DNA from: Prochlorococcus sp. AH-716-J09
Lineage (GTDB): Bacteria > Cyanobacteriota > Cyanobacteriia > PCC-6307 > Cyanobiaceae
Direction of reading: 5' to 3'
Assembly (NCBI GenBank): GCA_028408915.1
Contig: JAOOLS010000001.1
Span: 1-44,084 of the forward strand
Length of the DNA: 44,084 bases
The translations under genes and the position numbers were made by a program. Under the pieces are notes generated by a model. That model worked only from the letters and a program-made list of their open reading frames with translations, ran no database searches and was not told the origin of the DNA. Positions 30,945-40,499 of this stretch are shown one piece after another (within the stretch, counting starts at the first letter, position 1; the number at the start of each line of letters is the position of its first letter).

Positions 30945-32317
30945 AAATCTTTTTGAATTAACTCAATATTTTCTCTTTCTACTTCTTTATTTAAAGCTCT
31001 TTGCTGTTTTCCTCTCCAAAGTAAAATAAGGGGTGTGCCTTCAAATCCTAAATTTACTCTAATTTGTTTTTCAATATATCTTCTATAAGTTATTCCGAAT
31101 AATTTAGGATCATTTACAAAAAGAGTAAAAGTGGGAGGTTTGTTCTTTACTTGAGTACCGTAATAAAGTCTGCCTTGCTTGCCGCTTCTCTTAGTTGGAG
31201 GACTTTTCCAACTTATTGATTCTTTAAGTACTTCATTAACTACAGATGTTGTAACTCTTCTTCTATGTTGATTTACAGCATCAAGAGCATGCTCAAAAAT
31301 ATTATCAACTCTTTGACCAGTTAGGGCAGATATAAAAATCATTTTAGACCAGTGTAAAAAATAAAGTTTAGATCTAAGTTCTTTTTCTACTTGATAAATT
31401 GTTGAACTATTTTTTTCTACAAGATCCCATTTATTAACAACAATTATGCAAGCTCTGCCTTGTTCTTCTATTCGCCCAGCCAGCTTCTGGTCTTGATCAG
31501 TTACTCCATCTATAGCATCAATGACTAAAACACAAACATCACTTCTATCTATAGATTTAAAAGCCCTATTAATACCAAAGAATTCAGTGCCATATTTAAC
31601 ATTTTTCTTTCTTCTAATCCCTGCAGTATCAATAATTTTCCAATGATTATCTCCTTTTTTAATAAGCGTATCTATTGAATCAGTTGTTGTACCACTAATA
31701 TCACTAACTATTGCTCTTTTTTCTCCACAGATTGAATTTAACAAACTTGATTTACCAACATTAGGCCTACCAATAATTGACATCATTATCTTTTCTTCAT
31801 CATCCTGGATATTATTTTCAGGAAGTTCGTCAATAACGAGATCTAAAAGATCTCCAGTACCTGAACCATGAATAGCCGAAACAGGGTTAGGTTCGCCCAA
31901 TCCTAATTTCCAGAACTCCGAAGCTAGGGATATTCCTAGAGTAGTCGATTCGCATTTATTAACAGCAACAATTGTTTTACAGCTTGAGTTTCTTAACCAT
32001 TTTGCTATTGATAAATCACCATCAGTAATGCCTTGATTACCATCTACCACCAGTAACGCGAGTGAAGCCTCTTCTAGAGCTAAGAAAACTTGTGTCCTTA
32101 TCTCTGGGAGAAATTCACTATCATCATCAAAAACTAAACCTCCTGTATCAACTATTTGAAATTCCTTACCTCCCCATGAAGCATTTTGATAAGTTCTATC
32201 TCTTGTAACACCAGGCTTATCAAATACTATTGCATTATTACTTTGGCAAAGACGATTAACTAAAGTAGATTTCCCAACGTTAGGTCTTCCGATAATTGCT
32301 ATTGTAGGAAGAATCAA
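30941..32317 (-). CDS. der: Ribosome biogenesis GTPase Der/EngA
   Basis: Two G domains (GRPNVGKS x2, DTGG/DTAG, NKCE/NKWD) plus KH-like C-terminus. Confidence 0.97.
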   Translation of the reverse strand: MILPTIAIIGRPNVGKSTLVNRLCQSNNAIVFDKPGVTRDRTYQNASWGGKEFQIVDTGGLVFDDDSEFLPEIRTQVFLALEEASLALLVVDGNQGITDGDLSIAKWLRNSSCKTIVAVNKCESTTLGISLASEFWKLGLGEPNPVSAIHGSGTGDLLDLVIDELPENNIQDDEEKIMMSIIGRPNVGKSSLLNSICGEKRAIVSDISGTTTDSIDTLIKKGDNHWKIIDTAGIRRKKNVKYGTEFFGINRAFKSIDRSDVCVLVIDAIDGVTDQDQKLAGRIEEQGRACIIVVNKWDLVEKNSSTIYQVEKELRSKLYFLHWSKMIFISALTGQRVDNIFEHALDAVNQHRRRVTTSVVNEVLKESISWKSPPTKRSGKQGRLYYGTQVKNKPPTFTLFVNDPKLFGITYRRYIEKQIRVNLGFEGTPLILLWRGKQQRALNKEVERENIELIQKDL

Positions 32318-32390
32318 TTCTTCTCTCCAAAGAAAGTAGTATTCATTACAACTATACCTTTAATAGAATCATTTACCTTTTTCAAAAAAC

Positions 32391-32876
32391 TTATTTAATT
32401 TCTGGATCGCCAAAATGTCCTTTAACTGGATTAACAGGGGGTGAACTAGGACTTGGCATTAATCCACTATCTTTTGAAAAACAATCATTCTCAATCGCCC
32501 AATAAATCAACCAATTTACTGCCGTTGCTCTTCTAGTTCTTCTTGGATAGAGTTCATTAATCTTGTAACCTTTAAAATTAAGAAAATTTTTCAATCCCTG
32601 TTTATATTCTTTTGGAATTGATCGAGTCAAATGTATTGAGGCTGGCCGCTCTGAAATTATTTGAGGAGCTTTCTCAAATTTTTCTGACCAATAAGAAGGA
32701 GTTAATGCGCTAAAGGACCAATCATTTATAAAGATTTCTTTAGTATAAAAAAGTCTTTCCCAAACCAATTCACAAACAAAAACATCACTAACCCTATCTT
32801 CGAGAACAAGAAATAATAGATCCTTACATATTGGCCATGTAAATTGATTTTCAACTAATTTTTCTTTTTTTTGCAT
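32391..32876 (-). CDS. DUF1823-family cyanobacterial protein
   Basis: SDVFVCELVWERL, ERPASIHLTRSIP, PRRTRRATAVNWL. Confidence 0.8.
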   Translation of the reverse strand: MQKKEKLVENQFTWPICKDLLFLVLEDRVSDVFVCELVWERLFYTKEIFINDWSFSALTPSYWSEKFEKAPQIISERPASIHLTRSIPKEYKQGLKNFLNFKGYKINELYPRRTRRATAVNWLIYWAIENDCFSKDSGLMPSPSSPPVNPVKGHFGDPEIK

Positions 32877-33631
32877 TAATCGAACCTTATCAAAATCAAA
32901 GAAAAATAAGGCATAAATTCCTTTTTATATTGTGATGCATATTGAATAATTTGATCAGGCATCCCAACACTTAAAGATATTAATGTTGTATTGATGATAT
33001 CCTCTTTTTTTAAAACTTCTCTGACTAAATTCCATCTTTTACCAACTTTCATAATGGCCAATACCGTTTTATTTGCCTTACTTTCACTAATTAGGTTTGT
33101 TAATTCAGATTTTGAAGAAGGGCATTCTTTGATGATCAATGTCTCGCCTTTTTTTACCAAATCAAAATCATTCAAAGCTGCAGCTGCTGAAATAGAGGAA
33201 ATACCAGGTATAGTTTTGGTAATAATTTCAGCATGATTATTTTTTATTAACCTCAAAATATTAGAAGAACTTGCAAATAGTGAAGTATCTCCAAGACAAA
33301 GTAAAACAACTGATTCGCCATTTTGTATAAATTTCACAATTTTTTCTACAGCATTAGACCATATTTGATCTGGATCAAAATCTTTCCTAGCCATTGGAAA
33401 GATGATAGGGATTTTTTTTTTAAATTTGGTGTATTTCTTGACTATTTCTGCAGCGAAACTCTTTTTATTATCATCTGATAATGGGAAAACTATAACTTTC
33501 GCTTTTTTTATTGCATCCACAGCAGCAATGGTTAAAAGCGATGGATCTCCAGGGCCTACACCAACAATGGTGAATGTTGGTAATTCGGTTTTGTATCGAT
33601 TAAGTAAACTTAAGAACTTTTTTATTATCAT
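32876..33631 (-). CDS. cobI: Precorrin-2 C20-methyltransferase
   Basis: VGVGPGDPSLLT, FPM, LGD, IPGISS, MKVG, PYFSL. Confidence 0.88.
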   Translation of the reverse strand: MIIKKFLSLLNRYKTELPTFTIVGVGPGDPSLLTIAAVDAIKKAKVIVFPLSDDNKKSFAAEIVKKYTKFKKKIPIIFPMARKDFDPDQIWSNAVEKIVKFIQNGESVVLLCLGDTSLFASSSNILRLIKNNHAEIITKTIPGISSISAAAALNDFDLVKKGETLIIKECPSSKSELTNLISESKANKTVLAIMKVGKRWNLVREVLKKEDIINTTLISLSVGMPDQIIQYASQYKKEFMPYFSLILIRFD

Positions 33632-33647
33632 TTTTATTTTATTAACT

Positions 33648-34256
33648 TTAGCTATGTACCCTTGGCAATAAATAAGTTTCAGCTAGTATTGATGACTCAA
33701 TTTCAGACAATTTCTCTAATCTTTTGAAAGTTTGATTTTTAGAGAATTTAGTTTGCGCTAGTTTCCAGTAAACTCCAAAATGTCTTGCCTCACTCTCAAG
33801 CAGAGACTCATAAAGGGATTTAAACGATTTATCTTCAGAATTCAGCGCAAGCAAGCTTAATCTTTCATGACTTCTTGCTTCAATAAGTCCTGCTATTAAG
33901 AAACTATCAAGCATTCTATTGGGCTCTTCCTTTCTTATATTCTTAGACAATTCAGCTCCATATGGAGGCGGCTTTAAGGAATCAAGAGAATGCCCAAGAT
34001 CCTTTAAAAAATAAAGTATTTTTTCAAAATGCTCTAATTCCTCTCTCGCTATTGGACTTAGAACTTCTGCCAGATTTGGTTCTGATGGATATCTAAACAT
34101 CAATTGAATAGCTACTCCTGCTGCTTTTCTTTCACAATGAGCATGGTCAATAAGAATATCAATTGGATTAGATAATGCAAGTTTGATCCACTCATCTGAG
34201 GTAAGTGACGTTAAATATTTAATATGAGAAGTGGGCCTTTTAAAATTGACTAGCAT
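33648..34256 (-). CDS. miaE: tRNA-(ms2io6A37) hydroxylase
   Basis: LIDHAHCERKAA, REELEHF, IEARSHER, ESEARH di-iron motifs. Confidence 0.92.
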   Translation of the reverse strand: MLVNFKRPTSHIKYLTSLTSDEWIKLALSNPIDILIDHAHCERKAAGVAIQLMFRYPSEPNLAEVLSPIAREELEHFEKILYFLKDLGHSLDSLKPPPYGAELSKNIRKEEPNRMLDSFLIAGLIEARSHERLSLLALNSEDKSFKSLYESLLESEARHFGVYWKLAQTKFSKNQTFKRLEKLSEIESSILAETYLLPRVHS

Positions 34257-34703
34257 TTAATCATTACTAATTAAATATCCAATAATTCCTTCAAGAGCTA
34301 AGGAATAACTTGATATGCCAAATCCACTAATAATTCCTATAGCTTTATCTGTAAGAAAAGATTCTTTGCGAAAATCTTCTCTACTAAAAATATTTGAAAT
34401 ATGTAACTCTACAAAAGGAATTTTTGATCCAATTAAAGCATCACGGATAGAAATCGAGGTATGAGTAAAAGCGCCAGCATTTATAAGAATACCTTGGATA
34501 CTTTTTACAGACTCCTGAATTTTATCTACTATTTCTCCTTCGTGATTACTTTGAAAACATTCAAGATTAACACTTTTTTCTTTAGCAACTTTAATTAAAT
34601 CTTTTTCTATATCATTCAATGTTTTATTACCATATATTTCAGGTTCTCTAGTGCCCAAAAGATTTAGATTTGGTCCATTTATCAATAAAATATTCATCAT
34701 CAA
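34257..34703 (-). CDS. aroQ: Type II 3-dehydroquinate dehydratase
   Basis: [38 protein letters not shown]. Confidence 0.96.
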   Translation of the reverse strand: MMMNILLINGPNLNLLGTREPEIYGNKTLNDIEKDLIKVAKEKSVNLECFQSNHEGEIVDKIQESVKSIQGILINAGAFTHTSISIRDALIGSKIPFVELHISNIFSREDFRKESFLTDKAIGIISGFGISSYSLALEGIIGYLISND

Positions 34704-34799
34704 TAAAGTCTTTTCTTTTCAAATGCTATCTAGAAAGAAACAAAAAAACCAAAACAATTTCACACAAAGTGTCCATTAACTGATAAGTTCAAATAGTGG

Positions 34800-34867
34800 G
34801 GGTCGGTGCCCGAGTGGTTAAAGGGGGCGGACTGTAAATCCGCTGGCTCTGCCTACGTTGGTTCAAA

Positions 34868-34881
<14 letters not shown>
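34800..34881 (+). tRNA. tRNA-Tyr (GTA)
   Basis: GGGTCGG/CCGGCCC acceptor stem, GCGGA-CTGTAAA-TCCGC anticodon arm, long variable arm, GTTGG-TTCAAAT-CCAAC T-arm. Confidence 0.97.
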
Positions 34882-34963
<82 letters not shown>

Positions 34964-35148
34964 TCTCCGAGATAGCTTAGCATCAAAGAGATTACCATTA
35001 TCGCAGAAAGAAATTCATCAGAAGTGGACGTCCGTTTTGGGGTCCACTTTTCTGTTTTAAAAATGTAAATTATGGATTTCAGAAAATTGGTTGTTAATAT
35101 AGAAAAGATTTTCAGAAGTTAAAAATTTAATCAATAATCAAAACAAAG

Positions 35149-38100
35149 GTGCAGAAACAAAATTTATATAAATATCTATTTTTAATTTCATTATTTTATC
35201 CCTTGAATTCAGCTAAAGCTGATGATTCAAATTGCTACTCAAATCAATATGTAGGGACAGTTGGTGCATCCGGAACAGTTTGCGCAAATATGCTAATCGT
35301 TGATAGAGATTTACTTGATGAAGGGATAGCAAATGGTGCTGTTGGATCAGATTTTCAAATAACTAAAGATGGGATTACATACAATTTTGGGGACACTGGC
35401 AATAAAATTTTCACTGGTCAAATTAAGAATTTTTCAAGTCTCTTTAAGGATCAAACCAACTTTAATGCAGATATAGGTCATTGGAATACAAGTAAAGCTA
35501 CAACCATGAGCAGGATGTTTATGAACGCATCCAGCTTTAATCAGGATATTTCGAACTGGGAATTAAATAATGTCACTAATATCAATGGAATGTTCCAGGA
35601 TAGCTTGGTATTTAATCAAGATATTAGTAGTTGGAATATTTCCAAAGTTACAAGGCTTAACAGCACCTTCAGGGGAGCAGCAGCATTTAATCAAAATCTA
35701 AATAGCTGGGATGTAAGTAACGTAACTAGATTAGACAGAACTTTTTTAAAGGCTATTAATTTCAATGGTGATTTAAACAGCTGGGATGTATCGAAAGTTG
35801 TGAGCATGCACAGAACATTTGCCGGAGCAAAGAATTTTAATGGAAACATTTCAAGCTGGAACACTGAAAGTTTAAGGTCATTGAGGAGAACTTTTGATGG
35901 AGCGAGAGCATTTAATAAAGATATTAGTAATTGGGATGTGGCAGAGGTCACAAATTTTACAAGGACCTTTAAAAATGCAGGCGAATTCGATCAAAATCTA
36001 ACTTCATGGAATGTTGAACACTATGCCCAGACACCAATTTTGTTCGCTCCAATATTGTCTATTAATAAACAACCATGCTGGGGTTTTAATGGATGTCCAA
36101 ATGGTCCAAATTTAACTTCCACCAATCCATCAGATAATTCTTTTGGGATAAATACAAGTCTTAATCTCACATTGACCTTTGACAAAGATATAAGAGCATC
36201 GGAAACAAGTGGAAATATTGCTCTGCATAAATCTGACGGGACTTTAGTCAAACAATACAGCAATGATTCATTGAATATTTCAGGCAAAGTTATTACATTA
36301 CCAGCAGAACTTAATGTAAACACAGATTATTATCTTCTTATCGAACCCAAAATAATTGAATCTTCAAATGGCATTAGCTACAAAGGCATTACAGATAAAA
36401 CTGAACTGAATTTTTCAACTTACAGTAATGACTCAGTCGCTCCAGTTATAACTTCCCAATCTCCTGAGGATAATGCTACAGATGTTTCTACATCTGATCC
36501 AACAGTTGAAATAATTTTCAGTGAAAACGTAGTTCGTGGTTCAGGAAATATTTCTCTATACAACTATTCAACTGATGCATTAATAAGATCATTCAATATG
36601 AGCAACACAACTGATATCTCCATATCCGGGAATGAAATGTCAATTTCATTAAGAGATTCTGACGGATCAGTTTTGATAAATGATGGTACTCAATATTATA
36701 TTTTTATTTCAACAGGAGCAGTAGTGGATGAAGCGGCTTCTCCTAATTCTTTTGCTGGAATTGATTCAAAGAATACTTATAATTTCACTACCAAAAGTGC
36801 TTCCTGCGGATCGATATCGGGAGTTGTCAGATACAAAAATGGTGATCCAGTTAACGGTTCAACTGTAAAACTTTATAAGGATGATTCTCTAATCACAACA
36901 ACTACAACCAATAGTGTGGGTAACTATAATTTTTTTCCTAACAGCGCTGGGACCTTTAAAGTTGAATTTATAAAATTAGCTGGGAAGAGAGGTAAAGGTA
37001 AAGTTGATTTAACAGATGGACCAGTTTCATCAGGAAGATTTATCAAAAATATCCAGATCAGTTCTTCATGTGAAGAATTTAGCGACATAGATGGCCTTTT
37101 AATTGACCCTGCAGGAGTGATATACGAATCCTCTACAAGACAACCGGTATCCGGAGTAACAGTTAAATTGCTTTATGAAGGAAGTCTCGTAAATAACGAC
37201 TGGCTGGATGAAAGTGGAGGAAATAATGTACAAGAGACGGGTTCAGATGGCAAATATAATTTTGTTCTGAAAGGAGATATCGCACAAAGTGGTAACTACT
37301 CAATTACTGTGGATCCGCCCAAAGGATATGGTTTTGAAAGCACAAAAATTATCTCGGAAAATGGTATTTTCACTCCCGATCTTGGCGGCGGAGCACAAAC
37401 CATTCAAATACAGGCAGATGCTCCAGATTCCGGAGAACTCACAACCTATCATTTGAATTTTAACTTTACTTTCACAGGCGTTTCATCCACCACATCAAAT
37501 GGTGTGATAAATAATCATATTCCTATAGATTCAAAGGGTGATCCAACTTTGAAACCTGATGTACTGGGACTGGCAAAAGCCTGGACAGACGCATCAATAC
37601 GATTCAGCAAGGCAGGTTTAGATGCTGTGAATAGAAGGCTAGAATGGCTTTCCAGGAATAAAAGATCTGACAAAAAATCATTTCAAGGCATTGATTTTTC
37701 TTTCTCAAATCCAACATTAGAGAAAGTTTTTAATGGATCGGGGAAAAAATTTAAAGATATAGAAAGTAAAGATTTTGAAAATTGGGCCAGAGCAAACTGG
37801 AATGATGAAAGGCTGAAAAATGAATCGGACCAAATAATCGATGATCTCAGAAATAGTTCAGTAGACATTGCTTTTGCAGAATTACGCGAAAAAACATTTG
37901 ATCCTGATTTAAATCCAAAAGGTGGAAAATTACTTGGAAACTGGTTTTTATGGACTGATGGAGAGATAGTTGTTGGTGATTATAAAAAAAATGCAACATC
38001 ATCAAATCAGAAATCAGATGCACTTAACTTAACTTTTGGTGCAGACAAAAAATTGAAAAACAATTCTCTGCTTGGCTTCGCTTTTACTTATGGTAACGAT

Positions 38101-38757
38101 CATATAAAAATCGGCTCGCAAGGAAGCAAGTTAAATTCAGATAACTATAGTGTTTCAATTTACTCCTCCAAGAAATTCAAAGGCTTTTTACCCACAGATT
38201 TTCAGTTGGGAATTGGAAAAATGGATTTCTATACAACCAGATTCGAAGACTCAATTGCCCACAAAGGCCAGAGAGATGCCAATCTTATCTTTGGATCTTT
38301 TTCTTTCAGAACCGAACCGATTTCCAAGGGAAACATCACTTTTAATCCCTATGCACGGATTGAAGCTTCTCATATATCATTAAAACCATTTTCCGAATCA
38401 GGCAGTCATCTTGCCTTGACTTTCAAAGAACAGACAATCAACCATAAAATTTTGGCCCTTGGATCAGATTTATTCAGCGAATTTGAGATTAAGGAATGGA
38501 AAATAAAACCTTTCGCAAAAATCGAATACAATCTCGACTTCACAGATGATTCTATTGTGGATCTGAATTATCTAGATGACAGCACCACCAATTACAGATT
38601 TTCAATTTTGAACTCATCGGATAATTTCCTCAGCAACACCATTGGATTACAGATGAATAGGAAAAATAGATTCGGAGCTGTGCTTTCTTACAAAAATGAA
38701 CAGGGAGATTCAAAAAATTCAGATTCATATCAATTACAGATAAATTGGAATTTCTAA
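35149..38757 (+). CDS. Surface autotransporter-like protein: signal peptide, ~8 DUF285/BspA-like 25-aa repeats, two Big_5-like Ig domains, prealbumin/SdrD-like beta-sandwich domains, C-terminal outer-membrane beta-barrel
   Basis: SAKA signal cleavage site; FNQDISxWxxxxVT repeats; TNPSDN/QSPEDNA..FSENV Ig-like motifs; amphipathic C-terminal strands ending YQLQINWNF. Confidence 0.85.
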   Translation: MQKQNLYKYLFLISLFYPLNSAKADDSNCYSNQYVGTVGASGTVCANMLIVDRDLLDEGIANGAVGSDFQITKDGITYNFGDTGNKIFTGQIKNFSSLFKDQTNFNADIGHWNTSKATTMSRMFMNASSFNQDISNWELNNVTNINGMFQDSLVFNQDISSWNISKVTRLNSTFRGAAAFNQNLNSWDVSNVTRLDRTFLKAINFNGDLNSWDVSKVVSMHRTFAGAKNFNGNISSWNTESLRSLRRTFDGARAFNKDISNWDVAEVTNFTRTFKNAGEFDQNLTSWNVEHYAQTPILFAPILSINKQPCWGFNGCPNGPNLTSTNPSDNSFGINTSLNLTLTFDKDIRASETSGNIALHKSDGTLVKQYSNDSLNISGKVITLPAELNVNTDYYLLIEPKIIESSNGISYKGITDKTELNFSTYSNDSVAPVITSQSPEDNATDVSTSDPTVEIIFSENVVRGSGNISLYNYSTDALIRSFNMSNTTDISISGNEMSISLRDSDGSVLINDGTQYYIFISTGAVVDEAASPNSFAGIDSKNTYNFTTKSASCGSISGVVRYKNGDPVNGSTVKLYKDDSLITTTTTNSVGNYNFFPNSAGTFKVEFIKLAGKRGKGKVDLTDGPVSSGRFIKNIQISSSCEEFSDIDGLLIDPAGVIYESSTRQPVSGVTVKLLYEGSLVNNDWLDESGGNNVQETGSDGKYNFVLKGDIAQSGNYSITVDPPKGYGFESTKIISENGIFTPDLGGGAQTIQIQADAPDSGELTTYHLNFNFTFTGVSSTTSNGVINNHIPIDSKGDPTLKPDVLGLAKAWTDASIRFSKAGLDAVNRRLEWLSRNKRSDKKSFQGIDFSFSNPTLEKVFNGSGKKFKDIESKDFENWARANWNDERLKNESDQIIDDLRNSSVDIAFAELREKTFDPDLNPKGGKLLGNWFLWTDGEIVVGDYKKNATSSNQKSDALNLTFGADKKLKNNSLLGFAFTYGNDHIKIGSQGSKLNSDNYSVSIYSSKKFKGFLPTDFQLGIGKMDFYTTRFEDSIAHKGQRDANLIFGSFSFRTEPISKGNITFNPYARIEASHISLKPFSESGSHLALTFKEQTINHKILALGSDLFSEFEIKEWKIKPFAKIEYNLDFTDDSIVDLNYLDDSTTNYRFSILNSSDNFLSNTIGLQMNRKNRFGAVLSYKNEQGDSKNSDSYQLQINWNF
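35443..36020 (+). repeat. ~8 tandem 75-bp (25-aa) DUF285-type coding repeats
   Basis: FxxAxxFNxDISxWxxxxVTxxxxT/M periodicity in the translation. Confidence 0.85.
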
Positions 38758-38882
38758 AAACTAAAAAAGTGGACTAAAGAATAATTACAGCACTCTCTAG
38801 AAATAATTTACAGCCACAAATGGGCCGTCTAAATTTATTCTACACACTTCAGAACTACTGTGCTGCAGGCAGTCTTGATTTG

Positions 38883-38950
38883 TCCAACCCGGCCCACTTT
38901 AAAATTGCCCTTGTAGCTCAGCGGTAGAGCACTCCCTTGGTAAGGGAGAG
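38883..38950 (+). repeat. Right copy (attR-like) of the 68-bp direct repeat: last 14 nt of tRNA-Tyr, 10-nt spacer, first 44 nt of tRNA-Thr
   Basis: TCCAACCCGGCCCACTTTAAAATTGCCCTTGTAGCTCAGCGGTAGAGCACTCCCTTGGTAAGGGAGAG. Confidence 0.95.
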
Positions 38951-38977
38951 AACCTAAGTTGAGTTCTAGGCGAGTTT
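38907..38977 (+). pseudogene. Pseudo-tRNA-Thr with intact 5' 44 nt and a degenerate T-arm/acceptor 3' side
   Basis: 3' 27 nt align without gaps to the real tRNA at 12/27 positions; TTC is replaced by TTG and the terminal GGC by TTT. Confidence 0.65.
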
Positions 38978-39049
38978 ATAGCCCAATAAAACTAATTAGT
39001 ATTAAATAACATAAATATATTTTAGAATCTAAAAACATTCTTTTAAGAA

Positions 39050-39241
39050 ATGGCATTATCGTCATACAGGATGCACAGAATATATCTTGCAGCGACCATG
39101 AATTATGGTCTTGGTTCTTATGATCCAGAAGAGTTGGCATACTACAACAAAATCAGAAAAGAGATGGATGATATGAAAAAAGAGCCAGTAAAAAAAGGGA
39201 TACCCCTTAATTGGGATAACCCCGAAGAAATAGATAAATGA
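39050..39241 (+). CDS. Hypothetical island protein (63 aa)
   Basis: ATG-started ORF with protein-like composition. Confidence 0.65.
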   Translation: MALSSYRMHRIYLAATMNYGLGSYDPEELAYYNKIRKEMDDMKKEPVKKGIPLNWDNPEEIDK

Positions 39242-39327
39242 ATCTAAATATTTTTTTATTAATTGATGGGAGTCTTATGCTTATTGGTCTGCCCTTATTG
39301 ATGATTTTTAAAGGGAAAAAAAACTAA
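39238..39327 (+). CDS. Putative 29-aa single-TM microprotein MNLNIFLLIDGSLMLIGLPLLMIFKGKKN
   Basis: ATGA overlap with the upstream stop; hydrophobic core and basic tail. Confidence 0.45.
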   Translation: MNLNIFLLIDGSLMLIGLPLLMIFKGKKN

Positions 39328-39470
39328 ATGAAATCATTATTGATTTTAACCACATTCAAATTTATTTGTTGATCCTTTATCCGTATAAGGGGGTTCCTCA
39401 AACCGTACATATTTATTAGTCGGATAGCTTGCCTGACTAGTTAGAACATGGTTGTAGTCGACATGAGCAA

Positions 39471-39608
39471 ATGTCTACCAAATCCACTCTAAAAGAAGAT
39501 CATCAATCTGAGATTGAAGAAAGATCAGAAGAAGAACTTCTTGAAGAAGAAATCAGGAATCAGCAAACATTGGATAGCTTTGTTGAATCTGATAAAAACT
39601 GGAGCTGA
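39471..39608 (+). CDS. Putative 45-aa acidic microprotein MSTKSTLKEDHQSEIEERSEEELLEEEIRNQQTLDSFVESDKNWS
   Basis: Manual translation; strong GAA coding bias. Confidence 0.55.
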   Translation: MSTKSTLKEDHQSEIEERSEEELLEEEIRNQQTLDSFVESDKNWS

Positions 39609-39635
39609 TCTAAACTTATTTATTAGGAGAAAGTT

Positions 39636-39821
39636 ATGAACTTAAAAAGATCACCATTCTCAATCTTGAATAAAGAGAATAGAGAAATTGACTATATCAA
39701 AGGAGTTTACAAGAGAAAAATTCAAGCTGAAATTGAATCCTATAAAGATCCCGAAGATGAAGATAAGAGAGATACAATCCAAGCTCAAGATATATTGATG
39801 CTTGATAGGATCTCAATTTAG
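39636..39821 (+). CDS. Hypothetical protein (61 aa)
   Basis: AGGAG Shine-Dalgarno sequence just upstream of the ATG. Confidence 0.55.
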   Translation: MNLKRSPFSILNKENREIDYIKGVYKRKIQAEIESYKDPEDEDKRDTIQAQDILMLDRISI

Positions 39822-40118
39822 TAATTCTTTTTTTTTCTTCTTATCCTTTTTTTTCTTCTTTACCTTTTCATAAACCTCATCAGCCTTCTGTTCAATATTA
39901 TCCAGCTTATTTGACAGTTCCTTTAAAGTTTCTGCTTTTCCTTCTTTAATTACTGTATTTTTTAGTTCAATAATTTTAACAGGCTCTTCTTTAGATAAGG
40001 TATCTTTTTTCTCTTCAGTTTTAATTCCAAACTTACCTTTTATAAATTTGGCGATAAAAATAAGAACAGGTACATGGGCTAGACCACCTACCACTATTCT
40101 TGTTTCTGAATAAGCCAT
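39813..40118 (-). CDS. Hypothetical protein with an N-terminal membrane anchor and Lys/Glu-rich tail
   Basis: MAYSETRIVVGGLAHVPVLIFI hydrophobic N-terminus. Confidence 0.65.
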   Translation of the reverse strand: MAYSETRIVVGGLAHVPVLIFIAKFIKGKFGIKTEEKKDTLSKEEPVKIIELKNTVIKEGKAETLKELSNKLDNIEQKADEVYEKVKKKKKDKKKKKELLN

Positions 40119-40258
40119 TTAATATTTAAAAGTTCTGAGATATTTAAGCATAAATATAATTTTTAAATTCGTTTTATTAAGCCAATAAATATTAGTATTC
40201 ATTTCTTGATTCGTAGATCAAAAATCTTGCTATTAATTGAGTAGAGACTTTTTTTCAA

Positions 40259-40348
40259 ATGCCATTAGACGTATTTCTAATGAACATGTGTGTTGTAGTT
40301 ATAGCTCTGCTTATTAGAAGAGAAATCAAACTTAAGAAGGCTAGATAG
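40259..40348 (+). CDS. Putative 29-aa single-TM microprotein MPLDVFLMNMCVVVIALLIRREIKLKKAR
   Basis: Manual translation; TM helix with a positively charged tail. Confidence 0.5.
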   Translation: MPLDVFLMNMCVVVIALLIRREIKLKKAR

Positions 40349-40351
40349 ATT

Positions 40352-40471
40352 ATGAAGACACAAATTTTAAAAGAGCAATACATTCCAAATATTCATGCAA
40401 TTACCCTTTTACTATTGCTTCTTTTATGTCTGTGGTTACCTCTAGCACTCAGATTCCTATTAATAATTTAG
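40352..40471 (+). CDS. Putative 39-aa hydrophobic microprotein MKTQILKEQYIPNIHAITLLLLLLLCLWLPLALRFLLII
   Basis: Starts 3 nt after the previous stop; Leu-rich TM segment. Confidence 0.35.
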   Translation: MKTQILKEQYIPNIHAITLLLLLLLCLWLPLALRFLLII

Positions 40472-40499
40472 TTGAACTAGTTAGTTAATACCCTTATCC

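Noticed and set aside
35443-36020. 75-bp periodic repeats as a CRISPR array or DGR template/variable repeat
   Set aside because: They are degenerate in-frame coding repeats with no identical repeat-spacer structure, and no cas or reverse transcriptase gene is present
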